A stretch of DNA of 64,000 nt, taken from the NCBI GenBank assembly GCA_049523455.1, contig JBEKMW010000007.1, forward strand, positions 7,918 through 71,917, given 5' to 3'. The position numbers were made by a program, and so were the translations under genes. The notes under the pieces are model-generated. The model saw only the letters and a program-made list of their open reading frames with translations, was not told where the DNA came from and did no database searches. Origin of the DNA: Verrucomicrobiota bacterium (GTDB lineage Bacteria > Verrucomicrobiota > Verrucomicrobiia > Limisphaerales > UBA11358). This document shows positions 42,402 to 52,700 of this stretch, in pieces. Every line of letters starts with the position of its first letter. The first letter of the stretch is position 1.

Positions 42402-42851
42402 TCAGACATCAATCACCGGGCCATTATCGTCGTCGTTTCCCGGCGGCGGCGGCGGACCGCGCCGAATCGCGACCCGCGTGCTGCCGGCGCCCGTCATTAC
42501 GTTCAGCGCAATGGATACCACGCTGATGATGAGGGCGCCGAGAAACGCCGCTCCGAAACTGTTCACCTGAAAATGGGGTGCGAGCAGGAAGCCCACGAAG
42601 TAGAGCAGCAGGGCATTTATCACCAACGTAAACAAGCCGAGCGTGAAAATCAGCAACGGCAATGCCAGCAACATCAGGATTGGCCGAATGAAGGCATTGA
42701 GAATGCCCAGCAAGAGTGACGCCGCAAAAGGGGTGTACCAATGATTATCGAACTGGATGCCATGAACAATATAAACCGCCATCAACACCGCGAGGGTGTT
42801 AATCATCCAGCTTTGCAGAAAGCGCAGGAGTCGTCTGGTGCCCGGCTGCAT
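42402..42851 (-). CDS. Phage-holin-family (holin 4 / DUF360-like) small membrane protein
   Basis: LQSWMINTLAVLMAVYIVHGI...FAASLLLGILNAFIRPILMLLALPLLIFTLGLFTLVINALLLYFVGFL. Start chosen at ATG 42851. Confidence 0.65.
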   Translation of the reverse strand: MQPGTRRLLRFLQSWMINTLAVLMAVYIVHGIQFDNHWYTPFAASLLLGILNAFIRPILMLLALPLLIFTLGLFTLVINALLLYFVGFLLAPHFQVNSFGAAFLGALIISVVSIALNVMTGAGSTRVAIRRGPPPPPGNDDDNGPVIDV

Positions 42852-43217
42852 GGTCCGTAAATCAGTCTGCGGCACAATGCGCCACAACGTCCGCAAAAAC
42901 AAGGAAGCTTTTTAGAGTGCTGAGTTCGGAAGGCGGAGTGTGGAGTGAATGCCGATTGCCGATTGGGACGGATCCGCGAATTGACGCAAAGCCAAGCGGC
43001 GGGCAGGAAGGGGGACTTTTAGAGTGCAGAATTCGGAAAACGGAGTGTGGAGTGTTCCTTGCGGGCGGTCAATCGTCCTCAAATCCGGTGAGGTTGGAGT
43101 TGTCGGGCGCGCTGCGAGTTGAGGCAACTCGCGCTCCTGGAGCGCGAATTGTCCCAATCCGCAGACCATTCGTCATTCGTCATTTTCTGATGGCATCCGG
43201 CCAGCATCCGTTCCAAA

Positions 43218-44156
43218 TTGTCGCCCACCATGAACACGCGAATCATCGTTTTTCTCATCGGACTGTTGGCGGCGCCCCTCGTGCGGGCCCAGAGCGTCAT
43301 CGCGCCCCGCGCCACGTTGCAGAAGCTCGCCGGCGATTTCGCATTCACCGAGGGGCCCACGTGCGACAAGAACGGCAATCTGTTTTTTGTGGACCAGCCG
43401 AACGACCGCATCATGGAATGGAGCGTGGACGGAAAACTATCCACGTTCATGCAGCCCTCCGGCTACGCCAACGGCATGTGTTTCGACGGCAAGGGCAATC
43501 TGATTGCCTGCGCCGACGAACACAACCAGTTATGGTCCATTGCGCCCGATAAAACCGTGACGGTGCTGGTGACCAATTATCAGAGCAAATATCTCAATGG
43601 CCCTAACGATGTCTGGGTCGCCCCCAAAGGCGCCATGTTCATTACCGACCCGTTTTACAAGCGCACGTGGTGGGACCATGATAAGATGGCGCTGCCCAAC
43701 GAGGAGGTATTCTATCTGTCGCCCGACCACAAGATCTTGAAGGAAGTCACGGATGATTTGAAGAAACCCAATGGGATCACCGGCACGCCGGACGGCAAAA
43801 CGCTTTACGTGGCGGACATCGGCGCGAGGCAGACGTGGCGCTACGACATCCAACCGGACGGCACACTCGCGAACAAGACGCTGTTTTGCGGCATCGGGTC
43901 GGACGGCATGACGATTGATGAAGCCGGCAACCTCTATTTGTGCGGGACGACGATGGGGAACAACGCCGGGGTGCGCGGCAATGGCGTGACGGTCTTCGAC
44001 AAAACCGGCAAACAGATTGAGCACATCGAAGTGCCGGAACCCTGGTCGGCGAATGTCTGTTTTGCGGGGAAAGATCGCAAAACGCTCTTCATTACTGCGA
44101 GCGAGGGACTGTACTCGATTCGGACGAACTTCAAAGGCGCAAATCCGGCCAAGTGA
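43218..44156 (+). CDS. SMP-30/gluconolactonase/LRE-family protein, secreted
   Basis: FTEGPTCDKNGNLFFVDQPNDRI..., PNDVWVAPKGAMFITDP, PNGITGTPDGKTLYVAD and DGMTIDEAGNLY. Confidence 0.85.
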   Translation: MSPTMNTRIIVFLIGLLAAPLVRAQSVIAPRATLQKLAGDFAFTEGPTCDKNGNLFFVDQPNDRIMEWSVDGKLSTFMQPSGYANGMCFDGKGNLIACADEHNQLWSIAPDKTVTVLVTNYQSKYLNGPNDVWVAPKGAMFITDPFYKRTWWDHDKMALPNEEVFYLSPDHKILKEVTDDLKKPNGITGTPDGKTLYVADIGARQTWRYDIQPDGTLANKTLFCGIGSDGMTIDEAGNLYLCGTTMGNNAGVRGNGVTVFDKTGKQIEHIEVPEPWSANVCFAGKDRKTLFITASEGLYSIRTNFKGANPAK

Positions 44157-44345
44157 GCGCTTTTGAGGCTGGACGTGTCCTTTAAACCGACTCTGTTCCT
44201 GGGCGCAAGGGCAGGGCAAAGATAAGCGGCGACGGGTCGCCCTACCCTTAAGTTATTCTCGTGCAGGCGGTTGTGAATTTCCTGTGAATGACTTTTCCCG
44301 GTGTCGCTTCCAGCGGGGCACGCGGATTGCGCTCATGCAGGGTGT

Positions 44346-45020
44346 ATGCATTACAACCTTTGGCGTGCGCCGGTCACCAGCGGGAAAATTAAAGTCCTCT
44401 TGGACGGTTTGCCGGTGAATTTGCCCGCGGAATACCGCACTTTGAATGCGATTCGGTGCCGTCTGGAAGCCGTGGCCCTGGCCAGCCAGCGTATTTTGTC
44501 ATCGCTCACGGTTGATGGGCGCCCGGTAAATCTTGCCTTGCCCATGCGGCAATCGGGAACTATCTGCCTGGTTGAAGCCAGGACCATCGCGTTGCGCGAT
44601 TCCAGTATTCTGGTTCTTAAACAAGCCTTGCAACAAACCGAACAGGCCCGTGACTGCGTCGAGACGGCGCTCACGCTCGTGTTGATCAATGAGGCGCCGG
44701 TTGCGCGCGAGCTTTGGTGGAACCTGGCGCCGCTGCTTAAGGAGCCGGTGCTCAGCTTGAGCCTTTTGCCGGATGACGCTTGCGGTTCCACGCCTGAAGG
44801 CGCGTTGCCCAACCAGTTGCGTCATTGGCAACTCGAGCAACTCGCCGCCATCATCCAGGATGCGGAGGCCGCCTGCCAATCGGACAGCACCATTCCGCTC
44901 TCCAACGCCCTGGAAAACCGCGTGCTGCCCTGGCTGGATAATTTGCGCGAACTCATTCGCCTTTGGCTCGAAGCCGCCACCGCCAAAGCGCGCCTGGAGC
45001 TAAACCACACCATTGCCTGA
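44346..45020 (+). CDS. Hypothetical protein
   Basis: ORF with coding-like composition and no recognised motif. Start chosen at ATG 44346. Confidence 0.45.
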   Translation: MHYNLWRAPVTSGKIKVLLDGLPVNLPAEYRTLNAIRCRLEAVALASQRILSSLTVDGRPVNLALPMRQSGTICLVEARTIALRDSSILVLKQALQQTEQARDCVETALTLVLINEAPVARELWWNLAPLLKEPVLSLSLLPDDACGSTPEGALPNQLRHWQLEQLAAIIQDAEAACQSDSTIPLSNALENRVLPWLDNLRELIRLWLEAATAKARLELNHTIA

Positions 45021-45163
45021 GATTTGGGAGTGCGCGGACGTGTCCGCGCTTTGGTTCGACGCGACATGAACGGGGTTTTGACCGCGGATTACGGGGATTA
45101 CGCGGATAAGAGGAAGCGGGGCGACCGTTTTTTTGTCAATACTTGGGACCCCTTACCAGACCG

Positions 45164-45391
45164 TCAAAGCGTGAAACGTTGAAGCGTTGAAGCGGGAAGA
45201 CGGATACCTGCAACCCGCTTGACTAGCTCTTCTCGTTTTCGTCCAAGGTGGGGCATGGCCGCCAATTTGGGAAACCGGGATATTATGGCACGAATGAAAC
45301 GATCCGCTGCTTCCGGGTCGTCTTGCGCAATGTAGAACCAGATTTCACCCAGGTCGGAGCGAGCCGCCGCGGAAACATGATATTGGCTCAT
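45164..45391 (-). pseudogene. parE: ParE/RelE-family toxin, C-terminal third replaced
   Basis: MSQYHVSAAARSDLGEIWFYIAQDDPEAADRFIRAIISRFPKLAAMPHLGRKREEL then diverges and stops at 75 aa. The 3' end runs into the stutter gtgaaacgttgaagcgttgaagcgg. Confidence 0.55.
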
Positions 45392-45654
45392 GTTCCTTGA
45401 TGCCGGCGATGCTTCTTTAGTCGTTCTCGTCCCTTTTGGCTCACCTCTTCGGCCAATTGCATCAGGTTCGCGTCGTTGTAGGTCTGGTAATGGCCGCTGT
45501 CCAATTGCTCGAGGCCAATTGCCAGGTCGCGCTTCAACGCGGCAAGGTGCCGCTCGCGGAACGCATCCGAATCAACCCACCAGCGGAACAACTCATATTG
45601 TTGGTCTGGGTCAAGCTCCGCTGCTGCCGCTTTGATCTTTTCCACGGCGCTCAT
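45388..45654 (-). CDS. ParD-like antitoxin
   Basis: MSAVEKIKAAAAELDPDQQYELFRWW...LKRDLAIGLEQLDSGHYQTYNDANLMQLAEEV. Overlaps the toxin start (ATGA). Confidence 0.6.
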   Translation of the reverse strand: MSAVEKIKAAAAELDPDQQYELFRWWVDSDAFRERHLAALKRDLAIGLEQLDSGHYQTYNDANLMQLAEEVSQKGRERLKKHRRHQGT

Positions 45655-45761
45655 GGTGGGAAAGTAGCACACGAAGCAGCCAACACTCCATCTATTTTTC
45701 CCGGAACTGGCAACTTTTTGCCTTCAACTTCGCCCTTTTCACTTGGGTTTTTTGGCTTATC

Positions 45762-47060
45762 GTGTCCGGCGTGAATTTGAACGAGCAGATGACGCATTTG
45801 GCCAAGCAGGCCAAGGCCGCGTCGCGCGAACTCGCCCGGCTGACCACGGAAGAGAAGAACGCGTGTCTCCTCGCCATGGCAGCGGCGCTCGAACAACATG
45901 CGGACGCGCTCAAACAGGCCAATACCTTGGACGTGGATGGCGCCACCAAGGCCGGCCTGTCCTCCGCCATGTTGGATCGGCTCCGTCTCGACGACAAACG
46001 CATTGCCGGCATGGCCCAGGGCCTGCGCGAAGTCGCGGCCTTGCCCGATCCCGTGGGCCGAATTCTGGATGAACGCGTCCGGCCCAACGGCCTCAAGCTC
46101 CGGAAAGTTTCCACTCCCATCGGCGTGGTGGTCATCATTTACGAATCGCGCCCCAACGTGACGGCGGATGCGGCCGGGCTGTGTTTCAAGTCCGGCAACG
46201 CCACCATCCTGCGCGGGGGCCGCGAGGCCTTCCATTCCAACCAGCTCATCGCCCGCACCATGATTGACGCGGGCAAAACCGCGCTGGCTCATTTTCCTGA
46301 AGATGCCATCCAGGTGGTGCCGGTGACCGACCGCGAGGCCATTCCCGCGTTGCTGTCGCTCACGCAATACGTTGACTTGTGCATGCCGCGCGGCGGCGAG
46401 GGCCTCATTCGCGCCGTGGCCGATTGCTCCAAGGTGCCGGTCATCAAACATTACAAGGGCGTCTGCCACGTTTACGTGGACGCCGATGCCGATTTGAAAA
46501 TGGCCGAGGAAATCGCCCTGAACGCAAAAGTGCAGCGTCCCGCCGTCTGCAACGCCATGGAGACACTGCTGGTGGACGGCAAAATCGCCGCGCAATTTCT
46601 GCCGCGGATGGCGGAGCGGCTTTGGGAGAAGCACGTCGAACTGCGCGCCGACGAATCGTCGCTCAAGCTGCTTGATGCGGCGCGCAATACGCGCCCGGGC
46701 GCAAAACTGAAGCCAGCCACGGAACAGGACTTCTACACCGAGTTCAACGATTACATCCTCAACGTCCGCGTGGTGGACGGTGTGAAAGCGGCGATTGACC
46801 ACGTCAATCACTACGGCTCATCGCATTCGGACAGCATCGTGACCCGGAACGAAGCGCACGCGCGCCAATTCCTGAACGAAGTGGATTCGGCCGCGGTGTA
46901 TTGGAACGCCAGCACCCGGTTCACCGACGGCGGCGAATTCGGCATGGGCGCCGAGATTGGCATCAGCACCGACAAAATCGGCGCTCGCGGTCCGATGGGG
47001 CTTGAGGAACTGACCAGCTATAAGTGGATGGGCCTCGGCAACGGCCAGTTGAGGACCTGA
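45762..47060 (+). CDS. proA: Glutamate-5-semialdehyde dehydrogenase (gamma-glutamyl phosphate reductase)
   Basis: VIIYESRPNVTADAAGLCFKSGNATILRGGREAFHSN..., CNAMETLLV and HGSSHSDSIVT. Start is GTG 45762 or ATG 45789. Confidence 0.9.
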   Translation: MSGVNLNEQMTHLAKQAKAASRELARLTTEEKNACLLAMAAALEQHADALKQANTLDVDGATKAGLSSAMLDRLRLDDKRIAGMAQGLREVAALPDPVGRILDERVRPNGLKLRKVSTPIGVVVIIYESRPNVTADAAGLCFKSGNATILRGGREAFHSNQLIARTMIDAGKTALAHFPEDAIQVVPVTDREAIPALLSLTQYVDLCMPRGGEGLIRAVADCSKVPVIKHYKGVCHVYVDADADLKMAEEIALNAKVQRPAVCNAMETLLVDGKIAAQFLPRMAERLWEKHVELRADESSLKLLDAARNTRPGAKLKPATEQDFYTEFNDYILNVRVVDGVKAAIDHVNHYGSSHSDSIVTRNEAHARQFLNEVDSAAVYWNASTRFTDGGEFGMGAEIGISTDKIGARGPMGLEELTSYKWMGLGNGQLRT

Positions 47061-47150
47061 CTCGTTTGGACTCCCGCCTTGATTCGGAGCGCGGCTTTTC
47101 AAGCCGCAGCACTTCCGACTGCAAATTGAAGGCACGCTTTGGCCGGGCGG

Positions 47151-47330
47151 ATCTCAGTTTTTGACGGGGCCGATGCGCCGCTCCGGGCGCCGCCGGCTGA
47201 GAAAGAGGGGAGAATGAGGGGAGAATGACGAATATCCAAACCCTAATGACTAAAGAATGTCCCAATGACCGAATCACCAATGGTCATGCCAAGCGCTTTG
47301 GGCTTCGGGCTTGGTCATTCTTTAGTCATT
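47151..47330 (+). repeat. ~175-bp dispersed repeat, copy 1
   Basis: atctcagtttttgacggggccgatgcgccgctccgggcgccgccggctgagaaagagggg...aatgaccgaatcaccaatggtcatgccaagcgctttgggcttcgggcttggtcattc. Confidence 0.85.
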
Positions 47331-47449
47331 CGTGCTTAGGCCATTAGTCATTCATCCGGCACCCGGCCAAAGCAGACTCATCCCAGGCTTGGCGAATACC
47401 TCCCAAGAAGTGAGATGCGCCCCCCATTGCCGGTTCCGTCGTTTTTGCT

Positions 47450-47477
47450 TTGACTTATTCAGGTGGTATGATAAAAT
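47450..47477 (+). promoter_or_regulatory. Sigma70-like promoter candidate for 47501 gene
   Basis: TTGACT (47450-47455), 16-nt spacer, extended -10 TGaTAAAAT (47469-47477). An aaagga Shine-Dalgarno-like element lies ~10 nt before the ATG. Confidence 0.4.
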
Positions 47478-47500
47478 CATCTCATCAAAGGAATTAGCCA

Positions 47501-49543
47501 ATGAAAGCACGCATCAAAACCCGCTTACTCCTGTCGGCGCTGATGGCTGCATGGTTGACCGCGATCTCCACTCACGCAGCCATAATCACTTGGACTAATA
47601 CTGCTGGCGGGAATTGGAGCCTGACGAACAATTGGAGTCCCAACCAGGTTCCAGCCTCATCCGACACTGCCGTTATTACCAACGCGGGCAATTATACCGT
47701 CACGCTGAACGTCAGCGCCGCAGTTGCGGGCATGGTTTTGGGAACGTCCAGCGGCGTCACCACGCAAACTTTTGCAATCAACGCTCAGACATTCACGCTC
47801 AATGGACAGGCGACGGTGAGTCCTAATGGCGCGTTTAATTTCACGAATGGCACCTTGGCGGGGACGGCTGTGTTGGCGGGGGCATTAAACGTGCAGGGCG
47901 GAACGCTCACTGCCAGCGCATCATTGACAGTGGCCTCGAACGGAGTGCTGAATCTGGGTGGAACTGGCACCTTTACCATTGATGATGGGGCTTCCTTGAC
48001 GGTGGCCACGAACGGGGTGCTGAATCTGGATGGGACGGGCTTGTTTGCCATTGATGGGCCGGTGACCAACAGCGGCACGGTCAACTGGCTGGGGGGAGAA
48101 GTGCAGGTGGCTAATGTGCCTGGTTATGCAGGTGTGATCTGGAACCAGGCGGGGGCGCAATGGTACATCCAATGTAATCAGACTTTGGCTGCCTACTATG
48201 GGGATGAGGTTTTCCACAATGGGGGCTTTTTGTGCAAGACCAACGTCAGTGGAACGACCACGATTGCCACCTATTTGAACGACACCGGCGGCACGGTGCA
48301 GGTGCAGATCGGGACGATCCAGTTTAGCGGTGGCGGCAATCTGCTCGGGACCTATCAGGCGGCGGCCGGCGCGGTGATTGATTTCAGCGGCGGGAATTAT
48401 CCCTGGAATGGAACCGCCGATTTCGTAGGGCCGGGAACCGAGGAAATCACGGGCGGGACGGTGACGTTCACCAGCCCCATTACCACTCCCTTTTCGGCCA
48501 GCGGCGCGACCCTCACCAATTTGAGCGACCTGTTGGGCAGCGCCTACCTGACCAATTGCAGCATCGCGGACGCGGAGACCCTCGTGGGCACGAATATCAA
48601 CTGGGCCAACGGAACGCTCACTGCCAGTGCTTCCTTGACGGTGGCCGCCAACGGAATGCTGAATTTGGATGGGTCTGGCACTTTTACCATTGATAATGGC
48701 GCTTCCTTGACGGTGGCCACCAACGGGGTGCTGAATCTGGATGGGACGGGCTTGTTTGCCATTGATGGGCCGGTGACCAACAGCGGCACGGTCAACTGGC
48801 TGGGGGGAGTAATACAGGTGGCGAATAATCATACGAGTGACTTGGGGGCGATCTGGAACCAGACGGGGGCACGGTGGTACATCCAATGCAGTCAGAGTTT
48901 GACTGCTTATTATGGGAATGGGGATGAGGTGTTCAACAATGCGGGATTGTTGTGCAAGACCAACGTCAGCGGAACGACCACCGTTGACACCGTTCTGAGC
49001 AACTACACCGGAACCGTGGATGCGGAAATCGGCACAATAGACTTCAATGGCAGCTACACTCTCGGAGCCGGCGGTACACTGAGTTTTGGCCTCAATAGTC
49101 TTTCGAGTTTCGGGGAGATCACCCTGGCCGGCACGGCTGCGCTCAACGGCACGCTTGGCGCCCACCTGAACAACGGCTATGTGCCGGTCGTGAGCGGTGC
49201 CTTCACGATACTCTCTTATGGCGCCTTTACCGGCGGTTTCAACAATACCGACCTCCCGCCCGTCGCCACCTGGCAGACCACCTATGGTAACACGGCCTTG
49301 ACCATTAAGGTCACCGAGCTGGGGCCGGCCGTTCCATCGTTGACCGTTTTGTCAAGTCCGCCGAACATGATCCTTTCCTGGCCGACCAACGCCAGCGCCT
49401 TTGTGCTGAACCGGACCGCCAGCCTGAGTTTGCCGATCACCTGGATTCCGGTAACCAGCGGCATCACCATCAACGGAACCAGCAACACGATCACGATCAA
49501 TGCCAGCAGCGGAAAGCAATTCTATGCCTTGATCGCGCCATAA
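47501..49543 (+). CDS. Secreted beta-strand-repeat (autotransporter-repeat-like) protein with a large internal duplication
   Basis: Signal peptide MKARIKTRLLLSALMAAWLTAISTHA. Repeated GTLTASASLTVA.NG.LNL.G.GTFTID.GASLTVATNGVLNLDGTGLFAIDGPVTNSGTVNWLGG. Tail ends ...SSGKQFYALIAP. Confidence 0.8.
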   Translation: MKARIKTRLLLSALMAAWLTAISTHAAIITWTNTAGGNWSLTNNWSPNQVPASSDTAVITNAGNYTVTLNVSAAVAGMVLGTSSGVTTQTFAINAQTFTLNGQATVSPNGAFNFTNGTLAGTAVLAGALNVQGGTLTASASLTVASNGVLNLGGTGTFTIDDGASLTVATNGVLNLDGTGLFAIDGPVTNSGTVNWLGGEVQVANVPGYAGVIWNQAGAQWYIQCNQTLAAYYGDEVFHNGGFLCKTNVSGTTTIATYLNDTGGTVQVQIGTIQFSGGGNLLGTYQAAAGAVIDFSGGNYPWNGTADFVGPGTEEITGGTVTFTSPITTPFSASGATLTNLSDLLGSAYLTNCSIADAETLVGTNINWANGTLTASASLTVAANGMLNLDGSGTFTIDNGASLTVATNGVLNLDGTGLFAIDGPVTNSGTVNWLGGVIQVANNHTSDLGAIWNQTGARWYIQCSQSLTAYYGNGDEVFNNAGLLCKTNVSGTTTVDTVLSNYTGTVDAEIGTIDFNGSYTLGAGGTLSFGLNSLSSFGEITLAGTAALNGTLGAHLNNGYVPVVSGAFTILSYGAFTGGFNNTDLPPVATWQTTYGNTALTIKVTELGPAVPSLTVLSSPPNMILSWPTNASAFVLNRTASLSLPITWIPVTSGITINGTSNTITINASSGKQFYALIAP

Positions 49544-49770
49544 AACCGGAGAAATTTCGGCTCAACCCGAGCTCCGCCTCAAAATTCCGATTATCTGGCT
49601 GCAAGCCACAAGCCAGACGCGACCTATACCAAAGGTGTATAACCCACATAGACTTATGTTACCTCGACAATCGGGATGGATTTTGAAATCCTCTATTCAT
49701 CGTCCCAGAGATTAACATGCAGTTCCAACGCAACTTGTAGCTTAACTCAAAACCTGACAGGAAAAAACGT

Positions 49771-52700
49771 ATGAAAACACTCCCTACCCATCGTTTGTTT
49801 CAAGGCCTGATGTCGCTTTTGGCCAGTGCCGGACTTTTGTGGTGCGGCAATGCCCGCGCCCAGATTGCCCTGCAAGACGGCGGCACCAACCTGATTACCA
49901 CCACCTCGTCCCCGATCAGCACGAATAATTTTACCGTCACGGCGGGAGCCAGCGTGCTCGTGGTCTCCTTATTTGACCGGGATAACGCCAGCGCGGGCGA
50001 CGGCGTGTCTTTGTCATGGAACGGTACGCCCATGATCAAGGTCGTCTCGGAGAACAATGCCAACAGCACCTGGGCGTGGAGCGACATTTATTACCTCTTC
50101 AACCCCACGCCGGGCATGGCGAATATTACCGCCACGGACGCCTCCGGCGGGAGCGTCAGCGCGATGACGTTGCAGGCCTATACCCTTAACGGCGTGGACA
50201 CCAACGTGGTTCCCATGACTTACGAGATCAATAACGGCGCCACCACCAGCCTCTCGCTCGCTTTGTCTGCCTCTTTGGCCCCCGGTTTGGCCGTGGTCAA
50301 TTCCAGTTATGGCACTGGCGGCACCACCCTGAACATTACGTCCACAGCCGGCACGGTCACCTGCCCAGAAGTTGACAACAATACCAGCCAGGCGATGGGT
50401 TATGTGAACAACATCCCCGCCACCGGCGCCACCATCACGGCCAATTCCGGCGGAAGCAGCCAGAAGATGGCGCTGGCGATTGCGTTCTTCACGCAGCTTG
50501 GCGCCGGGCCGGCGGCCCCGACAGGCTTCACGGCGACGCCTACCGCCCACCAGGTGAACTTGAGTTGGAATGCCTCAGCCGGGGCGACCGGCTATAACGT
50601 GTGGCGCGCGCAGGCCGGCGGCGGCTTCGCGGAGATTGCCACAGGGATCACGGACACCACGTATCCCGACACGACCGTATCCCCCTACACGCAGTACTAT
50701 TATTATGTGCAGGGAGTGAATGGCAGTGGCGGAGGCGGCTTCTCGGTCGAGGCCAGCGCCTTTCCTTATTGGGCGACGGGTGTGATTGGCGTGCTGGATG
50801 GCTCCCTGAACGGCGGCCAGGTTGATTGGTCAACCAACAACAACAACGCTATCGGCCAGACCATCAGCGACACTTTCACCGTCAGCGCGGGCGCCAGCGT
50901 CCTGATCGTCAACCTCTATGACCAGATCACCAATAATAGTACTGGTCCCCTGACCAGTGACTGGACGCCCTCGACGCTTTCTTGGGGCACCCAGACCCTG
51001 ACCAAGGTTGTCGGGCAATTCAACTCGCGCCCGCAATCGGTTTGTGCCACCTATTTTCTATTTAACCCGGCCGCCGGCACACAGACCATCTCCTACACCG
51101 ATGCGACCGGGTATCCTGTCTGGTGTATGGACATGCAGGCTTATACGCTGCACGACGTTGACACCACGGTAAATCCCGTAGAGTACGGTGTCGCCGGCGG
51201 TTACGTCAACAACGACGTCATAAACACGTTGATCGGCAGCACTCCCTCCGGCGCCTTTGCGACGATTTGCGACGAAAGCGGCGCCTCCCCCGCTTACGTT
51301 ATCTCGTCGAGCGGCACAACGAACTACGTGACGTCGCCGGGTCACACCAGCGTCCCGACTTACAGCCATCAGATCGTGATGATGGGCGGTGTGCTTGGTC
51401 TCGCGGCGGGCACCGGCTCTATCTGGGATACCAACACGTCCGGCGGTGTGCCGGCTACGCTGGCCAATGCCGTATTCACCGCTTTTATTCCTCCTTCGGC
51501 GCCGTCAGCTCCGGCCGATGTGACGGCCACGGGGCAGACCAACCGGATCGCCGTATCTTGGGTTGACACCTCGAGCGGCGCGGCGACCAGCTATGTAATC
51601 CTGCGTTCGGCGACTAGCGGCAGCGGTTACCTGCCCATTGGCACCAACAACGGGAACGCCAACGTCACTTACACCGACACCTCAGTGGTCAATTGGACGA
51701 CCTATTACTACGTGGTGAAGGCCCGCGATAGCAATGGCGACAGCCCCTTGTCCTCCCCCGAGGCCAGCGCCACTGCCGTCGGCGTGCCGGCCGCCCCGAC
51801 GGGGTTGAAGGCCATGTGGGGCAATTCCATGGTAACGTTGAACTGGAACACCCAGGTGGGCGCGGACAGTTGGAACGTCCTGCGTTCGACGACCAGCGGC
51901 AGCGGCTATACGACCGTGGGCAACGCGACGACGCCCGGCTATGTGGATACCACCGTGGCTAATTTCACGAAGTATTACTATGTGCTGGTTGCATCGAACA
52001 GCTTCGGCATTGGCCCCATTTCAGCCGAGGTCGGCGTGATTCCCGCCGTGCCCCTGACCAACTGGGTTGGCGTCTTCTACAGTGTGGCCGATATTTCCAA
52101 CTGGCATAACACCGTATCCAACGGCGGCTTTGGCGGCGGTTATGCGACGTTTTATTCGGACGCTCCGGCGGCCGGGCCTTCCACCGGTTGCCTGCTGTTC
52201 TCGAACGTCTTTTATACCGGCGTCCTCGACGGCTGGGATGGCATCTCCGGCACCTTTAACGATCTGAACGAGAGCAATGCCACCGCGCTGGAGTTCGACG
52301 TCAAGGTCGAGGGGGATTATGACTCCGCAAACGGCATTCAGGCGTTGCAACCGACCGTCGAAAGCACCAGCGCCAATGGCAATTTGGGTTATCAATGGGG
52401 AGGCAGTCTTAACACTTCCACCAGCAACCAGTGGCTGCATGTCGTCGTGCCCATCTCCGGAGATGACGCCGGCAACGTCGCCAATTGGACCTTCATCAAC
52501 GACATCAACCTGAACGTGGTGGACGGCTTCTACCCGACTCCCACGATGGTGATACTGGGCTATGCCAACTTCGAGTTCACCGGGGCGCCGGGTTATCCGC
52601 CCGTGTTCTCGGGTCTGGCCAACCCCGCCAGCGTTTCAGCCGGGACGCCGAGCGTGACCCTGACGGGCACCGTGTCAGGCGGCAACAACAATTATCTGGC

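Noticed and set aside
30981-47060. Co-occurrence of proS, tRNA-Pro(CGG) and proA in one window as a proline-related regulon.
   Set aside because: The genes are 9-15 kb apart, on separate transcription units and separated by unrelated operons. This is most likely coincidence.
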